DNA of 62,586 nt, counting the filler. It is 5 parts of 5 records of this genome, joined end to end, with 100 filler letters (N's around TTAATTAATTAA, not from the genome) between each part and the next. Parts side by side here need not be neighbours in the genome. Positions count along the whole stretch, not along the records: positions 1 to 12,800 come from DRR723986_8073; positions 12,901 to 28,301 come from DRR723986_8076; 3 more parts are not named here. One strand, 5' to 3'. Position 1 is the stretch's first letter; each line of letters starts with the position of its first letter. The notes beneath the pieces are model-generated. The model was not told the DNA's origin. It was given only the letters and a program-made list of their open reading frames with translations, and ran no database searches. The translations under genes and the position numbers were made by a program. Of this stretch, positions 11,374-20,112 are shown in pieces.

Positions 11374-11843
11374 GCCTGCAACGCTCCCAGCTTGTCCGTC
11401 CATTTGGGATCTTCCCAATGCATCATCAGCTGACGGGCGTTGTCCGCGTCGCCCGGTGCAAATGAGATGCTCAATGCGTTTGCAGGCGTCAACGGGCCAA
11501 GGCGGTCCGGCCATTCCACCAAACAAACCGAAGTGTCAAAGGCATCAATCAAACCCAACTCTTCTACCTCGAACACCGATGTCAGACGATAGAGATCGGC
11601 ATGCCAAATTTCACCTATTTGGGTGTCGTAGGTCTGTACCAAGGTGAAGGTTGGCGATGGAACATCTTCGGGCTGCGCCAGCACAGATTGAATCAATGAT
11701 CGTGCAAAATGGGTCTTTCCGGCACCAACATCTCCGGTCAGCAAAATCACATCGCCGGAGGCGAGTTTGGTGGCCAATTGCGCGGCCAGACGGGTCATCT
11801 CAACCGCGCTGGAGACTGAAATTGAAAGCTGATGTGCAGGCAT
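11370..11843 (-). CDS. tsaE: t6A biosynthesis ATPase TsaE
   Basis: GDVGAGKT, VPSPTFTLVQ, HADLYRL, LVEWPDR motifs. Confidence 0.97.
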   Translation of the reverse strand: MPAHQLSISVSSAVEMTRLAAQLATKLASGDVILLTGDVGAGKTHFARSLIQSVLAQPEDVPSPTFTLVQTYDTQIGEIWHADLYRLTSVFEVEELGLIDAFDTSVCLVEWPDRLGPLTPANALSISFAPGDADNARQLMMHWEDPKWTDKLGALQA

Positions 11844-11899
11844 GCCATATGGTGACCGTCACGCGGCATGACTGCAAGTTCAAAGCGGCAGACGGCCCG

Positions 11900-12800
11900 C
11901 TATTTCTGAAGGTTTTCGAGGGCCGGCGCGGCCGCGACATGTTCGGGTTTCTGAGTTCGGAACCGGATCAGGGTAGACCCCGACGCGATCCCCTGCACCT
12001 CGCAAGTCAACGCATCGCCATTCTTGAGGTAAAGCGTCATATCCCAAGGGGTTCCGGTACTGCGCTCCGAGATGCATTTTGCGATTTCAGGCCAAAGGGC
12101 GCTGGGTTGGCACAGGCGGGTCCACAGATTGATGCAGTCATTTATGGTGGTTCCGACAAACCCGGTGTCAGGATCGTGCCCCCACAAATCCCGGTATGCG
12201 ACGTTGCAAAACGTAAGCGCACCAGTGGCAGAGAACACCACCATCCCATCCTCGACCACATCAATCAGGGATTGACCCAACTCCACTTCGCTACGGAAGC
12301 TGCGGGTCATGGACACTTCGGCGCTAATGTCCTCGAACAGGAATGCGGTTGCGCCGTCCGGGTGTGGTCGCCCTTCTACGCTAAAGGTACGTCCGTCTTC
12401 GAGGTTCCATGTTTCCTCGTAGGAGGTGTCGGACGCCGCGGCGATCAGATCTGTGATGGTTTGCCGCCAAGAGGCGTAATTCTTGGGCTCGGGCATCAGG
12501 CGATCTTCGCGCAACTGATCAAAGAAGGACAACATGGCCGGGCGGCTGCTCAGAAACTTTGGGGTCAGATGCGTGAGGTCCACAAGTGCCGGATTGAACA
12601 AAACCAACTGCCCGCGCCGGTCAAAAATGGCCAAACCAACAGGCAAATGGGCAAAGGTTTTGGCAAGGCTTTGCACAAAGTCGCGCTGGGCCTGTTCGGC
12701 CTCAACCAAAGCGTTGATGCAATTGGCGTGGCACACCGTGACACTGCCCATCTGGATGGATGTTACCTCGTACCAATCGGGGGCATCCAGCGGATCAAGG
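11900..12800 (-). CDS. PAS-domain protein (DivL-like PAS_7 repeats), 5'-truncated by the contig end
   Basis: LPVGLAIFDRRGQLVLFNPA and DGMVVFSATGALTFCN PAS folds; frame is open to the gap; usual position upstream of tsaE in Rhodobacterales. Confidence 0.8.
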
Positions 12801-12900
12801 NNNNNNNNNNNNNNNNNNNNNNNNNNNNNNNNNNNNNNNNNNNNTTAATTAATTAANNNNNNNNNNNNNNNNNNNNNNNNNNNNNNNNNNNNNNNNNNNN
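12801..12900. other. Artificial contig-joining spacer
   Basis: 44 N + TTAATTAATTAA (stops in all six frames) + 44 N. Confidence 0.99.
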
Positions 12901-12901
12901 C

Positions 12902-13339
12902 AAGATCGACTTTGAACACAACCCCTTCTCGATGCCGCAGGGTGGCATGGAGGCGCTGCAAGGCAACCCGCTGGACGTTCTTGGTTATCAGTATGATCTC
13001 GCGTGTAACGGGTTTGAGCTGGTTTCCGGCGCGATCCGGAACCACCGTCCAGAGATCATGTTCAAAGCCTTTGAAATTGCTGGTTATGGCAAAGAAGAAG
13101 TCGAAAAGCGCTTTGGCGGTATGGTCAACGCGTTCCAGTATGGTGCCCCGCCACACGGTGGTTGTGCCGCTGGTATCGACCGGATCGTCATGTTGTTGGC
13201 GGACGAAGCAAACATTCGCGAAGTGATCATGTTCCCGATGAACCAGCGTGCCGAGGATCTGATGATGGATGCACCGTCTGATCCAACTTCGGACCAGCTG
13301 ATGGATCTGGGGCTGCGGGTAATCCCGCAAGACCAGTAA
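12902..13339 (+). CDS. aspS: Aspartate-tRNA ligase, C-terminal fragment
   Basis: [49 protein letters not shown]. Confidence 0.96.
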   Translation, partial: KIDFEHNPFSMPQGGMEALQGNPLDVLGYQYDLACNGFELVSGAIRNHRPEIMFKAFEIAGYGKEEVEKRFGGMVNAFQYGAPPHGGCAAGIDRIVMLLADEANIREVIMFPMNQRAEDLMMDAPSDPTSDQLMDLGLRVIPQDQ

Positions 13340-13357
13340 AGGTCGAAATTAGAACTG

Positions 13358-13394
13358 AAAAAGGCGATGCAAAGAAATTTGCGTCGCCTTTTTT
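13358..13394. terminator. Bidirectional rho-independent terminator after aspS
   Basis: AAAAAGGCGATGCAAA-GAAA-TTTGCGTCGCCTTTTTT. Confidence 0.85.
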
Positions 13395-13461
13395 GTTGCC
13401 CGATTTAGGGATTTTCCACACTAGATGTGAGCGGAGGGGGCATTCGGGATCCTCGGATCCG

Positions 13462-13602
13462 TTACCCTTGGAAAGGGATCGAATTTGGATCACGCCGTGC
13501 CCCCTTGGCCCGATTGCGCCGGATTTCTCGGGCGGCAAGCCTGGCTTGGATGTAGAGCACGATGCCAAGCGAGCTCAGGGCGATCAGGAAAATTTCTGTC
13601 AT
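13462..13602 (-). CDS. Small (46 aa) putative single-TM protein
   Basis: ATG lies 1 nt after the response-regulator stop (TGA-G-ATG); MTEIFLIALSSLGIVLYIQ hydrophobic segment then a basic tail; ends just before the bidirectional terminator. Confidence 0.5.
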   Translation of the reverse strand: MTEIFLIALSSLGIVLYIQARLAAREIRRNRAKGARRDPNSIPFQG

Positions 13603-13603
13603 C

Positions 13604-14323
13604 TCAGATCGCCAACCGACGCTCAAGACGTTCTTGGACGAGCCCAGCCAAACGGGCGGCGTCTGTTGTAACCGGGGCTCCACTGGCACGGGCACGCGCC
13701 AATCCTTCGGCTGCTGTGGCCAAGACGTGATCATCCGCACTGCGGGCGACGCCTCCAAGAAATTGAGCCGCGTAATCAAGGCTACGGGTGTCGTTCAGGT
13801 CGCATAAAACGTCCGCCGCATGTGCCATATCATCCTGATAGGCAATCGGGTCTGGGTGAATCTGTTCATCGCTCAGTAGTCGTGGCCCCAATGGCTGCCT
13901 GTCGCCCGGCAGCAGGGCAAGGATAGCGCGCTGAAATGCGCCCAGTGAGGTGACAGGTTTGGCCAGAAAGCCATCGGCGCCGGCGGAAATGGCTGCTTCT
14001 TCGGCAAAATCATCCCCTGACGTGCCAAGAATGACACCGATGCGGGGGGTGGTATGCGCAAGCTCTTCGATAAGATCCGCGCCGGATCCGTCGGGCAGCC
14101 CCATGTCCACGATAATGACGGAGGGGCGATAAATCTGAAGGTGGCGGCGTGCAGAGGTGAGACAATCGGCGCGCCGAATTCGGGCCCCGCTGCGCAAACA
14201 GAGCAAACGCATGGCCTCGCAAGCAAATCGGCTGTCTTCGACAACGAGAATGGTTAAGCCCAACAAAGGGCGGGTGGAACTGGGAATACGGTGTGGCGCG
14301 GTAAACGGGTCCGAATCGTCCAT
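13604..14323 (-). CDS. Response regulator (REC domain plus helical C-terminal domain)
   Basis: ILVVEDS, IIVDMGLPDG, GTS, FLAKP receiver motifs; AGAGGAG RBS. Confidence 0.9.
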   Translation of the reverse strand: MDDSDPFTAPHRIPSSTRPLLGLTILVVEDSRFACEAMRLLCLRSGARIRRADCLTSARRHLQIYRPSVIIVDMGLPDGSGADLIEELAHTTPRIGVILGTSGDDFAEEAAISAGADGFLAKPVTSLGAFQRAILALLPGDRQPLGPRLLSDEQIHPDPIAYQDDMAHAADVLCDLNDTRSLDYAAQFLGGVARSADDHVLATAAEGLARARASGAPVTTDAARLAGLVQERLERRLAI

Positions 14324-14369
14324 GCTATTGCTCCTCTGATCAACTCCTCAGCAGGCTAGGCAGTGCTGG

Positions 14370-14384
14370 CTAACAGGGGGTTAA
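14370..14384. promoter_or_regulatory. Possible CtrA box upstream of the response regulator
   Basis: CTAA-CAGGGGG-TTAA, one mismatch to TTAA-N7-TTAA. Confidence 0.4.
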
Positions 14385-14468
14385 TGGCACCGGGCGGATT
14401 GGCGCACTTGCCCTTTGGCAGGGGAGTGCGCATAACGCCGCGAACCCAATTTCGCGAGGAGACCCGCC

Positions 14469-14873
14469 ATGATCGGTCGTTTGAACCATGTAGCCATCGC
14501 TGTGCCTGACCTTGAGGCCGCTTCTGATCAGTACCGCAATGCGCTGGGTGCCAAAGTGGGCGCCCCTCAGGATGAGCCCGATCACGGCGTGACTGTGGTA
14601 TTCATTGAGCTGCCCAACACAAAAATCGAATTGCTCTATCCGTTGGGTGACAACAGCCCGATCACCAGCTTTTTGGAAAAGAACCCATCTGGCGGCATGC
14701 ACCATGTCTGTTACGAGGTCGATGATATCATCGCAGCACGCGATCACCTGAAAGAAACAGGCGCGCGGGTCCTGGGATCTGGGGAACCGAAAATCGGTGC
14801 GCATGGAAAGCCGGTTCTGTTCCTGCATCCAAAAGACTTCAACGGCTGCCTGGTCGAGCTCGAGCAGGTCTAA
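14469..14873 (+). CDS. mce: Methylmalonyl-CoA epimerase
   Basis: RLNHVAIAVPD, KIELL, GGMHHVCYEV, FLHPKDFNGCLVELEQ; GAGGAG RBS. Confidence 0.96.
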   Translation: MIGRLNHVAIAVPDLEAASDQYRNALGAKVGAPQDEPDHGVTVVFIELPNTKIELLYPLGDNSPITSFLEKNPSGGMHHVCYEVDDIIAARDHLKETGARVLGSGEPKIGAHGKPVLFLHPKDFNGCLVELEQV

Positions 14874-14922
14874 ATCTAACGTGTGCCCCTGATTGAATTG
14901 TCAGGGGCGACAGGAGCATCCC

Positions 14923-15198
14923 ATGTCTATCACTTCGGCCTTTGTTCTGTTTGCGGTTATTTGGTTTCTGACGTTTCTGATCGCCTTGCCCATTCGCGTG
15001 AAAACGCAAGGGGATATGGGGGAAATCGAACCCGGAACCCACGCAGGGGCGCCCCAAGAACATCATCTCAAGAAAAAGGCATGGATCACGACCGGAGTGG
15101 CTCTGGTCCTTTCGGTCGCGATATCCGGGATCATTCTGTCAGGTAAGTTTCCGATATCGGAACTCGATCTGTTGCCGGTTATCGCGCCCTTGGAATGA
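14923..15198 (+). CDS. DUF1467-family membrane protein
   Basis: Two TM segments with WFLTFLIALP..GTHAGAP; usual position after mce; AGGAG RBS. Confidence 0.8.
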   Translation: MSITSAFVLFAVIWFLTFLIALPIRVKTQGDMGEIEPGTHAGAPQEHHLKKKAWITTGVALVLSVAISGIILSGKFPISELDLLPVIAPLE

Positions 15199-15208
15199 CA
15201 CCGACCGC

Positions 15209-15904
15209 TTAGCGGCGGTCGGTCAATCCGTGGTAGATATGGGTAAATGTTGCGGCGCCCAAGATGGGGATCAGCAGGTTTACCAACGGCACCGACAAGG
15301 GGATCGCCATCAGAACACCGGCCATCCAGATGGTCCAGATGTGTTTTGAGCGCAATTCGCGGGCACGTTCACGCCCGACGCGGCGCATGGCTGCAAGGGT
15401 GAAGTATTCCCGCCCCAGCAGAAATCCGTTCATGCCCCAGAAAATGAACAACGCAAACGGTGCCAAAAACACATACAGAACGATGGCGATGATATTGGCA
15501 GCAATCAGCAGCCCTAGAAAATTCACAGTGTCGCGCAGAGTATCGGCAAAGGGGATTTTGGGAACCGTTGGCAGATGCGGGTAATGCTTGTCTTCGACGG
15601 CCTGTGCGACCTCGTCCAGAAATATTGATGTGATTGCCGAGGCAACCGGCACCATCAGAAACACCGACAAAACCATCATAAAGATGAACGACGAAACGCT
15701 AAGTAAGTCGTTCAGCCATGTTACCTGTCCCAGCACGGGCAGGGTCGCTTCGGGGCCCACAAAGATTTCGATCACCCACAAAAAGGCGGCATAGGCAGCG
15801 ATCAGCAAGGCAAGGGTCAACCCGATGCCTAAGAACAACACCTTGCGAAAGCGCGGGTCAGGAATTTGTCCCAGCGCCTTGAGAAACGAAGAAATGATAA
15901 TCAT
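15209..15904 (-). CDS. EI24/CysZ-like membrane protein
   Basis: Multi-TM protein with FLDEVAQAVEDKHYP, NGFLLGREYF, VPLVNLLIP. Confidence 0.8.
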   Translation of the reverse strand: MIIISSFLKALGQIPDPRFRKVLFLGIGLTLALLIAAYAAFLWVIEIFVGPEATLPVLGQVTWLNDLLSVSSFIFMMVLSVFLMVPVASAITSIFLDEVAQAVEDKHYPHLPTVPKIPFADTLRDTVNFLGLLIAANIIAIVLYVFLAPFALFIFWGMNGFLLGREYFTLAAMRRVGRERARELRSKHIWTIWMAGVLMAIPLSVPLVNLLIPILGAATFTHIYHGLTDRR

Positions 15905-16479
15905 TCAGAAATCCACTCGGTCATGGTGCTCAGATCGGGGCGTGGGCGTTCAGGCGGGGTCGCGCCTTGTGTCGCGATGTGAATAAGGCCAGCAATCTTT
16001 TCATGGGGGGCAAGGTCCAGCCCCTCTTTGCAGAATGTGCGGTCATGTGAAATCCAGCCGGACAACCAATTCGCACCCCATCCTGCAGCGAGGGCAGCGT
16101 TGAGCAGGGACAGGCATACGGCGCCCGCTGAATAGGTCTGTTCAATCGCAGGCACTTTTGCGGATGCTTTTTGGACTTCGACGACAACAACCGCCAGATG
16201 TCCAAGGTCAAACTGGCTTTGACCCTTGGTAATCTCTTCAGGTGATTTTCCCAAAGCTTCGCCGCGAACTTTTGTCAGCTGAGATAAGCGCGCCATGGCG
16301 CCTTTCTCAAGCACAATAAAGCGCCAAGGCTCCAGCTTCCCATGATCTGGGCATCGGGCTGCGGCTGTCAGCAGCGGGGCCAGTTCTTCTCGGGTTGGGG
16401 CAGGGGCAACAAGTGTCTTTGCGGGACGGGAGCGACGGGAAAGCAGGAATTCCAAAGCAGCGGGGCTGTGAAGGGACAT
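15901..16479 (-). CDS. Nitroreductase family protein (YdjA-like)
   Basis: LLSRRS, PDHGKLEPWRF, GWGANWLSG motifs. Confidence 0.92.
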   Translation of the reverse strand: MSLHSPAALEFLLSRRSRPAKTLVAPAPTREELAPLLTAAARCPDHGKLEPWRFIVLEKGAMARLSQLTKVRGEALGKSPEEITKGQSQFDLGHLAVVVVEVQKASAKVPAIEQTYSAGAVCLSLLNAALAAGWGANWLSGWISHDRTFCKEGLDLAPHEKIAGLIHIATQGATPPERPRPDLSTMTEWISE

Positions 16480-16626
16480 ATGTGAAGCCTATTTACATTT
16501 AGTTTCTTTTATCTCGGATGGCTGCGCAAAGTTTTCAAGAGGTCACTTGTGATGTTTGTTAGGGTTGTGCGTTGCTGAATTCGGTCTAACTGCATACTTA
16601 ACAAGATCAAACAGTAAGAATGTATC

Positions 16627-16818
16627 ATGCTCAAAATCTTCTCGCTTGTTGCCTGCGCCGCACTGGTGCTGACTGCGTGCCAGCCGACGGTGTCAGGGAA
16701 CACGTCTTTTGGTATATCTACATCAGCTGGTAGTTTGCCGCCGCCTCCGGGCCGAACCGCTGCAGAACGGCAGGCGAGTCGGGATTATTATCGCGGGCCG
16801 CGCGGGGATGAATTCTGA
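16627..16818 (+). CDS. Small lipoprotein
   Basis: Signal peptide with lipobox LTA-C; 63 aa, Pro-rich middle. Confidence 0.6.
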   Translation: MLKIFSLVACAALVLTACQPTVSGNTSFGISTSAGSLPPPPGRTAAERQASRDYYRGPRGDEF

Positions 16819-16865
16819 TCCCAGAAAGGGCTGCGTCGTGGCAAGGATCCTGTCATAATGGTAGC

Positions 16866-17144
16866 ATGGCCAAACCAAAGCTCAAAAACTTGCCTGACCT
16901 CACGTGCCTGGCCATTCCCGGGCAAGAAGTCAGTGTTCGGGTGACACCCAAGGCGGCACGTACAAGTTTGACCAAGACGGCAGAAGGCTTGCGCATGACG
17001 GTGACTGCTGTTTCCGAAAACGGCAAGGCGAATGCCGTTGTTCGTCAGGTGTTGGCTGCGGCGATGGGGGTGGCTCAAACACGCCTTATCCTCGTCCGTG
17101 GGCAAACCGCACGGGACAAAACGTTTGTTTATCAAGAAGGCTGA
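16866..17144 (+). CDS. DUF167/YggU family protein
   Basis: VRVTPKA, ENGKAN, RGQTARDK motifs. Confidence 0.88.
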   Translation: MAKPKLKNLPDLTCLAIPGQEVSVRVTPKAARTSLTKTAEGLRMTVTAVSENGKANAVVRQVLAAAMGVAQTRLILVRGQTARDKTFVYQEG

Positions 17145-17386
17145 TCGCCCGGACTGGTCAAGCGCAGTTGATACACTCCCTCAGGCAGGTCCAACGCGGC
17201 CGCGAGGTCTCGCACTTGTTCCGGCGACAGGGTGACTGTTTGCATCTGATCTGTACGAGGGTCCAATTGCTCAATCGTGATACACTCTGCAAACGAGTTG
17301 ATCGTCACATCCTCTTGCAGAGGGGTTTCGCCTTCGTCCACCAATGTGATGACCGTGGCGTCAAATTCATGCTCGATTGAAAACAT
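17132..17386 (-). CDS. Hypothetical acidic protein (84 aa)
   Basis: Clean ORF MFSIEHEFDATVITLVDEG...LDLPEGVY; convergent 13-nt overlap with the DUF167 gene. Confidence 0.7.
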   Translation of the reverse strand: MFSIEHEFDATVITLVDEGETPLQEDVTINSFAECITIEQLDPRTDQMQTVTLSPEQVRDLAAALDLPEGVYQLRLTSPGDQPS

Positions 17387-17505
17387 GATCTCAGAGTGCC
17401 GGGGGGCGGCATTGTTTGCAACCCCAATATGAAACAGACAAGGGTAGAAGCCCCCGAAAGAGCAGGGTAATCTATCTTCAATTGCTCTTGCTGAAAGGTC
17501 ACCCT

Positions 17506-18207
17506 ATGCGCCGTCTGATCTTGCTCATTGCGGGGCTGCTTTCGGCATGTACTCCTATTCCGATTACCCGGGAACCGAACGACATTGTACCCGGATCACG
17601 TGTGGACGTCGCGATCCGCAGCTTTACCGAGGTCAGCCAGACGATCGGCCCACGTGCCGTGCAAGCATGCCGCGCCCGGACACAAAGGGTGAATTGCGAT
17701 TTCCGCATTGGGGTTGATCCGGACCCACGGGCGCAGGCCAACGCCTATCAAAGTGTGGATGATCAGGGGCGGCCTGTGATTACCTTTACTGCCGCCATGA
17801 TTCTCGAAGCCGGAAACAAAGACGAGCTCGCTTTTGTGATGAGCCACGAGGCCGCGCATCACATTTTAGGGCATCTGGATCGGCAGGCTAAAAATGCCGA
17901 ACGTGGGGCTGAAGAGTTCGTAAAGCTGGCCCAACGCACTGGAAAGACCAGTAAACGCGACCTGGAATATGCAAAGAAGCTGGGGGCAGCCGTCGGGGCG
18001 TTTGAATATTCAAAGGAGTTTGAGCTGGAGGCGGACGAGCTGGGCACAGTTATCGCTTATGGAGCGGGGTATGATCCTTTGGCGGGCGCAAAGTTTTTTG
18101 CCAGATTGCCAGATCCCAAGGCCAAGTTCTTTGGTTCGCATCCTCCGAACCAATCACGTGTTGAGTTGGTTCAGGCAACTGTGACCAAGCTAAAGAGGGG
18201 CCAATGA
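17506..18207 (+). CDS. M48-family metallopeptidase lipoprotein
   Basis: Lipobox LSA-C, ANAY, HEAAH zinc motif, ELEAD, SHP. Confidence 0.9.
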   Translation: MRRLILLIAGLLSACTPIPITREPNDIVPGSRVDVAIRSFTEVSQTIGPRAVQACRARTQRVNCDFRIGVDPDPRAQANAYQSVDDQGRPVITFTAAMILEAGNKDELAFVMSHEAAHHILGHLDRQAKNAERGAEEFVKLAQRTGKTSKRDLEYAKKLGAAVGAFEYSKEFELEADELGTVIAYGAGYDPLAGAKFFARLPDPKAKFFGSHPPNQSRVELVQATVTKLKRGQ

Positions 18208-18575
18208 CAAACCTCATTCGCCTGGGCGTTGTTTTGACAGATCGCGGGTCAAAATACGCAGTGACAGGGGCGCGGGTCCAATCCCGTGCGGACGTTGATG
18301 CAGTTCTGGCTGAGTTGAAGCGTGACAAGGCCTATGCAAAGGCGACGCATAACACTTGGGCTGCTGTCTTGCCGCAAGGGGCGCTCAAGGCTGATGATGG
18401 GGAATCCGGGGCTGGTATCGTGATCCTCAGGATGATGGAACGGGCAGAGTTGACGGATCACGTGATCATCGTAACCCGATGGTACGGCGGGAAAAAACTG
18501 GGCGGTGATCGGTTCCGGCGAGTGCAGGATGCGGTACGAGCCTATTTCGAAGATCAAGGGATTGCGGCCTCTTGA
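18204..18575 (+). CDS. YigZ/IMPACT family protein (N-terminal domain only)
   Basis: DRGSKY, ATHNTWA, DDGESGAG, VTRWYGGKKLG; ATGA overlap with the M48 gene. Confidence 0.88.
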   Translation: MTNLIRLGVVLTDRGSKYAVTGARVQSRADVDAVLAELKRDKAYAKATHNTWAAVLPQGALKADDGESGAGIVILRMMERAELTDHVIIVTRWYGGKKLGGDRFRRVQDAVRAYFEDQGIAAS

Positions 18576-18613
18576 TCTGAGTCATGGGCCGCTCAAAACT
18601 GCGGCGCTAGGGT
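18572..18613 (+). promoter_or_regulatory. Putative FNR/FnrL-type class II promoter for the DUF6455 pair
   Basis: TTGAT-CTGA-GTCAT at 18572-18585 (centre 18578.5) and TAGGGT -10 at 18608-18613 place the box at -41.5 from a start near 18620. Confidence 0.55.
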
Positions 18614-18638
18614 TCGGGCAAATGGAGAGGATACGCTG

Positions 18639-18899
18639 ATGCCTGACCGAGCCCAAATTAGACGCCATGCCAGTTTGGTAGATCGCATGGCCACGACCCG
18701 CGGGATTGATTTGCAAGACAAAGCCTTGGCCGGAGAGGTGTCTTTTGATGATATCTCGAAGGCGGTGCTGAAATGCACCCAGTGTGCAAATCCAACCAAT
18801 TGCAGCCGTTGGTTAGATCAGCGCAGCCGGTCTGCAACCGGCCCGGATTATTGTCAGAACAGCGAATTGTTTGACGCTCTTGCTCCACAGGACATTTGA
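18639..18899 (+). CDS. DUF6455-like small Cys-rich protein, copy 1
   Basis: RMA..GIDL N-terminus, C-x2-C-x5-C..WL..PDYCQN; GGAGAGG RBS. Confidence 0.75.
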   Translation: MPDRAQIRRHASLVDRMATTRGIDLQDKALAGEVSFDDISKAVLKCTQCANPTNCSRWLDQRSRSATGPDYCQNSELFDALAPQDI

Positions 18900-18904
18900 A
18901 CATC

Positions 18905-19165
18905 ATGACACGCGCAACTCTTGGTCCGATCAATCGCCACTTTTGGCTGACTCGTTCCGTCGCCCGCTGTATGGGTGTGTCGCTGTCCCAAGCCATGGCC
19001 GAGGGGCACCTGAGCGAGGCTGACTATGCTAAGTTGGTCACACGCTGCCGCGGCGCAGATTGCGCGGACACGTGCCAGCTGTGGCTTGCCAGTCAAACGA
19101 CCAAAGCCGAAGATGCCCCCCTGCATTGCGTCAACGCAGAGGTGTTGAACGGATTGCGGGGTTAG
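18905..19165 (+). CDS. DUF6455-like small Cys-rich protein, copy 2
   Basis: HFWLTRSVAR.MGVSL, C-x4-C-x3-C..WL..PLHCVN. Confidence 0.75.
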   Translation: MTRATLGPINRHFWLTRSVARCMGVSLSQAMAEGHLSEADYAKLVTRCRGADCADTCQLWLASQTTKAEDAPLHCVNAEVLNGLRG

Positions 19166-19185
19166 ACCCAAATCCAGACTGCATC

Positions 19186-19428
19186 TTACAGTTTGGAGTG
19201 ACTGCCATCACAAAGCGGGGATTTAGCACTTGCTTTGCATCCACAAAAGAACACCTTTTTGTCCGCTGGGGCAGTGAACTTTACCGGCGCAAAGTCGGAC
19301 CCTTTGTGTGAGCCATCGCAGAACGGTTGCTTGCTGGACTTGCCACACGAACACCAGAAATAGGTTTTGCCCTCGGTCACTTCGACCGGAAAGGGTGATT
19401 TCTGCGCGACGACGGGGGTATCTGACAT
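19186..19428 (-). CDS. CDGSH iron-sulfur domain protein (two tandem CDGSH motifs)
   Basis: WCSCGKSSKQPFCDGSH and FCGCKASAKSPLCDGSH; GAGGAG RBS. Confidence 0.95.
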   Translation of the reverse strand: MSDTPVVAQKSPFPVEVTEGKTYFWCSCGKSSKQPFCDGSHKGSDFAPVKFTAPADKKVFFCGCKASAKSPLCDGSHSKL

Positions 19429-19577
19429 CTGGCTCTCCTCTTGGGATGGCGAATCTTCTGGGAAAGATAGCGGGCCGCGCCAAAAAGCATAGGGTTGGAT
19501 GGCCTTCCAACTGTCATTCCCTGTGATCGTTGCCTATAGAACGCCCAGAAAGCTCATTCTGACGATTGGATTACACC

Positions 19578-20090
19578 ATGTCTTGCGCCCTTTGTTCCGC
19601 TGATGCCCCTATCGCATTTTTCGCCGTGACCGGTGGCCCAAACGATGCAGGTGCCGAGATTTGTGCCGTTTGCACAGATCAGATCAATGGGGAGCTGGAC
19701 CCCAACCACTGGCGTTGCTTGTCCGCATCCATGTGGTCAGACCAGCCCGCAGTTCAGGTGATGTCGGCCCGTTTGTTGGCCCGCTTGTCGGATCAGGATT
19801 GGGCGCGGGATCTGTCTGAGCAGCTTTGGTTGGATGATGAAATGCAGGCCTGGGTTGATGCGGGCATCGTCGCCGATACCGGGCACCGGGATAGCAACGG
19901 CAGTGTTTTGGTGCAGGGCGATACAGTTGTGTTGATCAAGGATCTACCTGTCAAAGGGGCAGGGTTCACCGCCAAGCGGGGCACGGCGGTGCGCTCAATC
20001 TCGTTGGTGCTGGATAACCCAGAACATATCGAAGGGCGCGTTGACGGGCAGCGCATTGTGATCCTTACAAAGTTCGTGAAAAAGCGCTGA
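19578..20090 (+). CDS. PhnA/YjdM-domain protein with N-terminal CxxC..CxxC
   Basis: CALC..CAVC, HWRCL..SMWS, then DSNG..L..GDTVVLIKDLPVKGA..KRGT..FVKK. Confidence 0.85.
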   Translation: MSCALCSADAPIAFFAVTGGPNDAGAEICAVCTDQINGELDPNHWRCLSASMWSDQPAVQVMSARLLARLSDQDWARDLSEQLWLDDEMQAWVDAGIVADTGHRDSNGSVLVQGDTVVLIKDLPVKGAGFTAKRGTAVRSISLVLDNPEHIEGRVDGQRIVILTKFVKKR

Positions 20091-20112
20091 TCGCCGCGAT
20101 CCTGCGTGCGAA

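Noticed and set aside
3020..11843. Peptidoglycan-recycling, tRNA-modification and DNA-repair genes in one operon (tsaE-amgK-murU-addB-addA-trxA)
   Set aside because: Well-known conserved alphaproteobacterial gene order.
12845..12856. TTAATTAATTAA palindrome repeated four times in the window
   Set aside because: Assembly linker embedded in N runs; not a biological repeat or regulatory site.
11651..12856. 401-aa plus-strand ORF running into the gap
   Set aside because: Antisense to tsaE and the PAS gene; ends in the artificial linker.
14885..14908. GCCCCTGA-N8-TCAGGGGC inverted repeat between mce and the DUF1467 gene
   Set aside because: Single copy; most simply an mRNA-stabilising or terminator hairpin, not a mobile or REP element.
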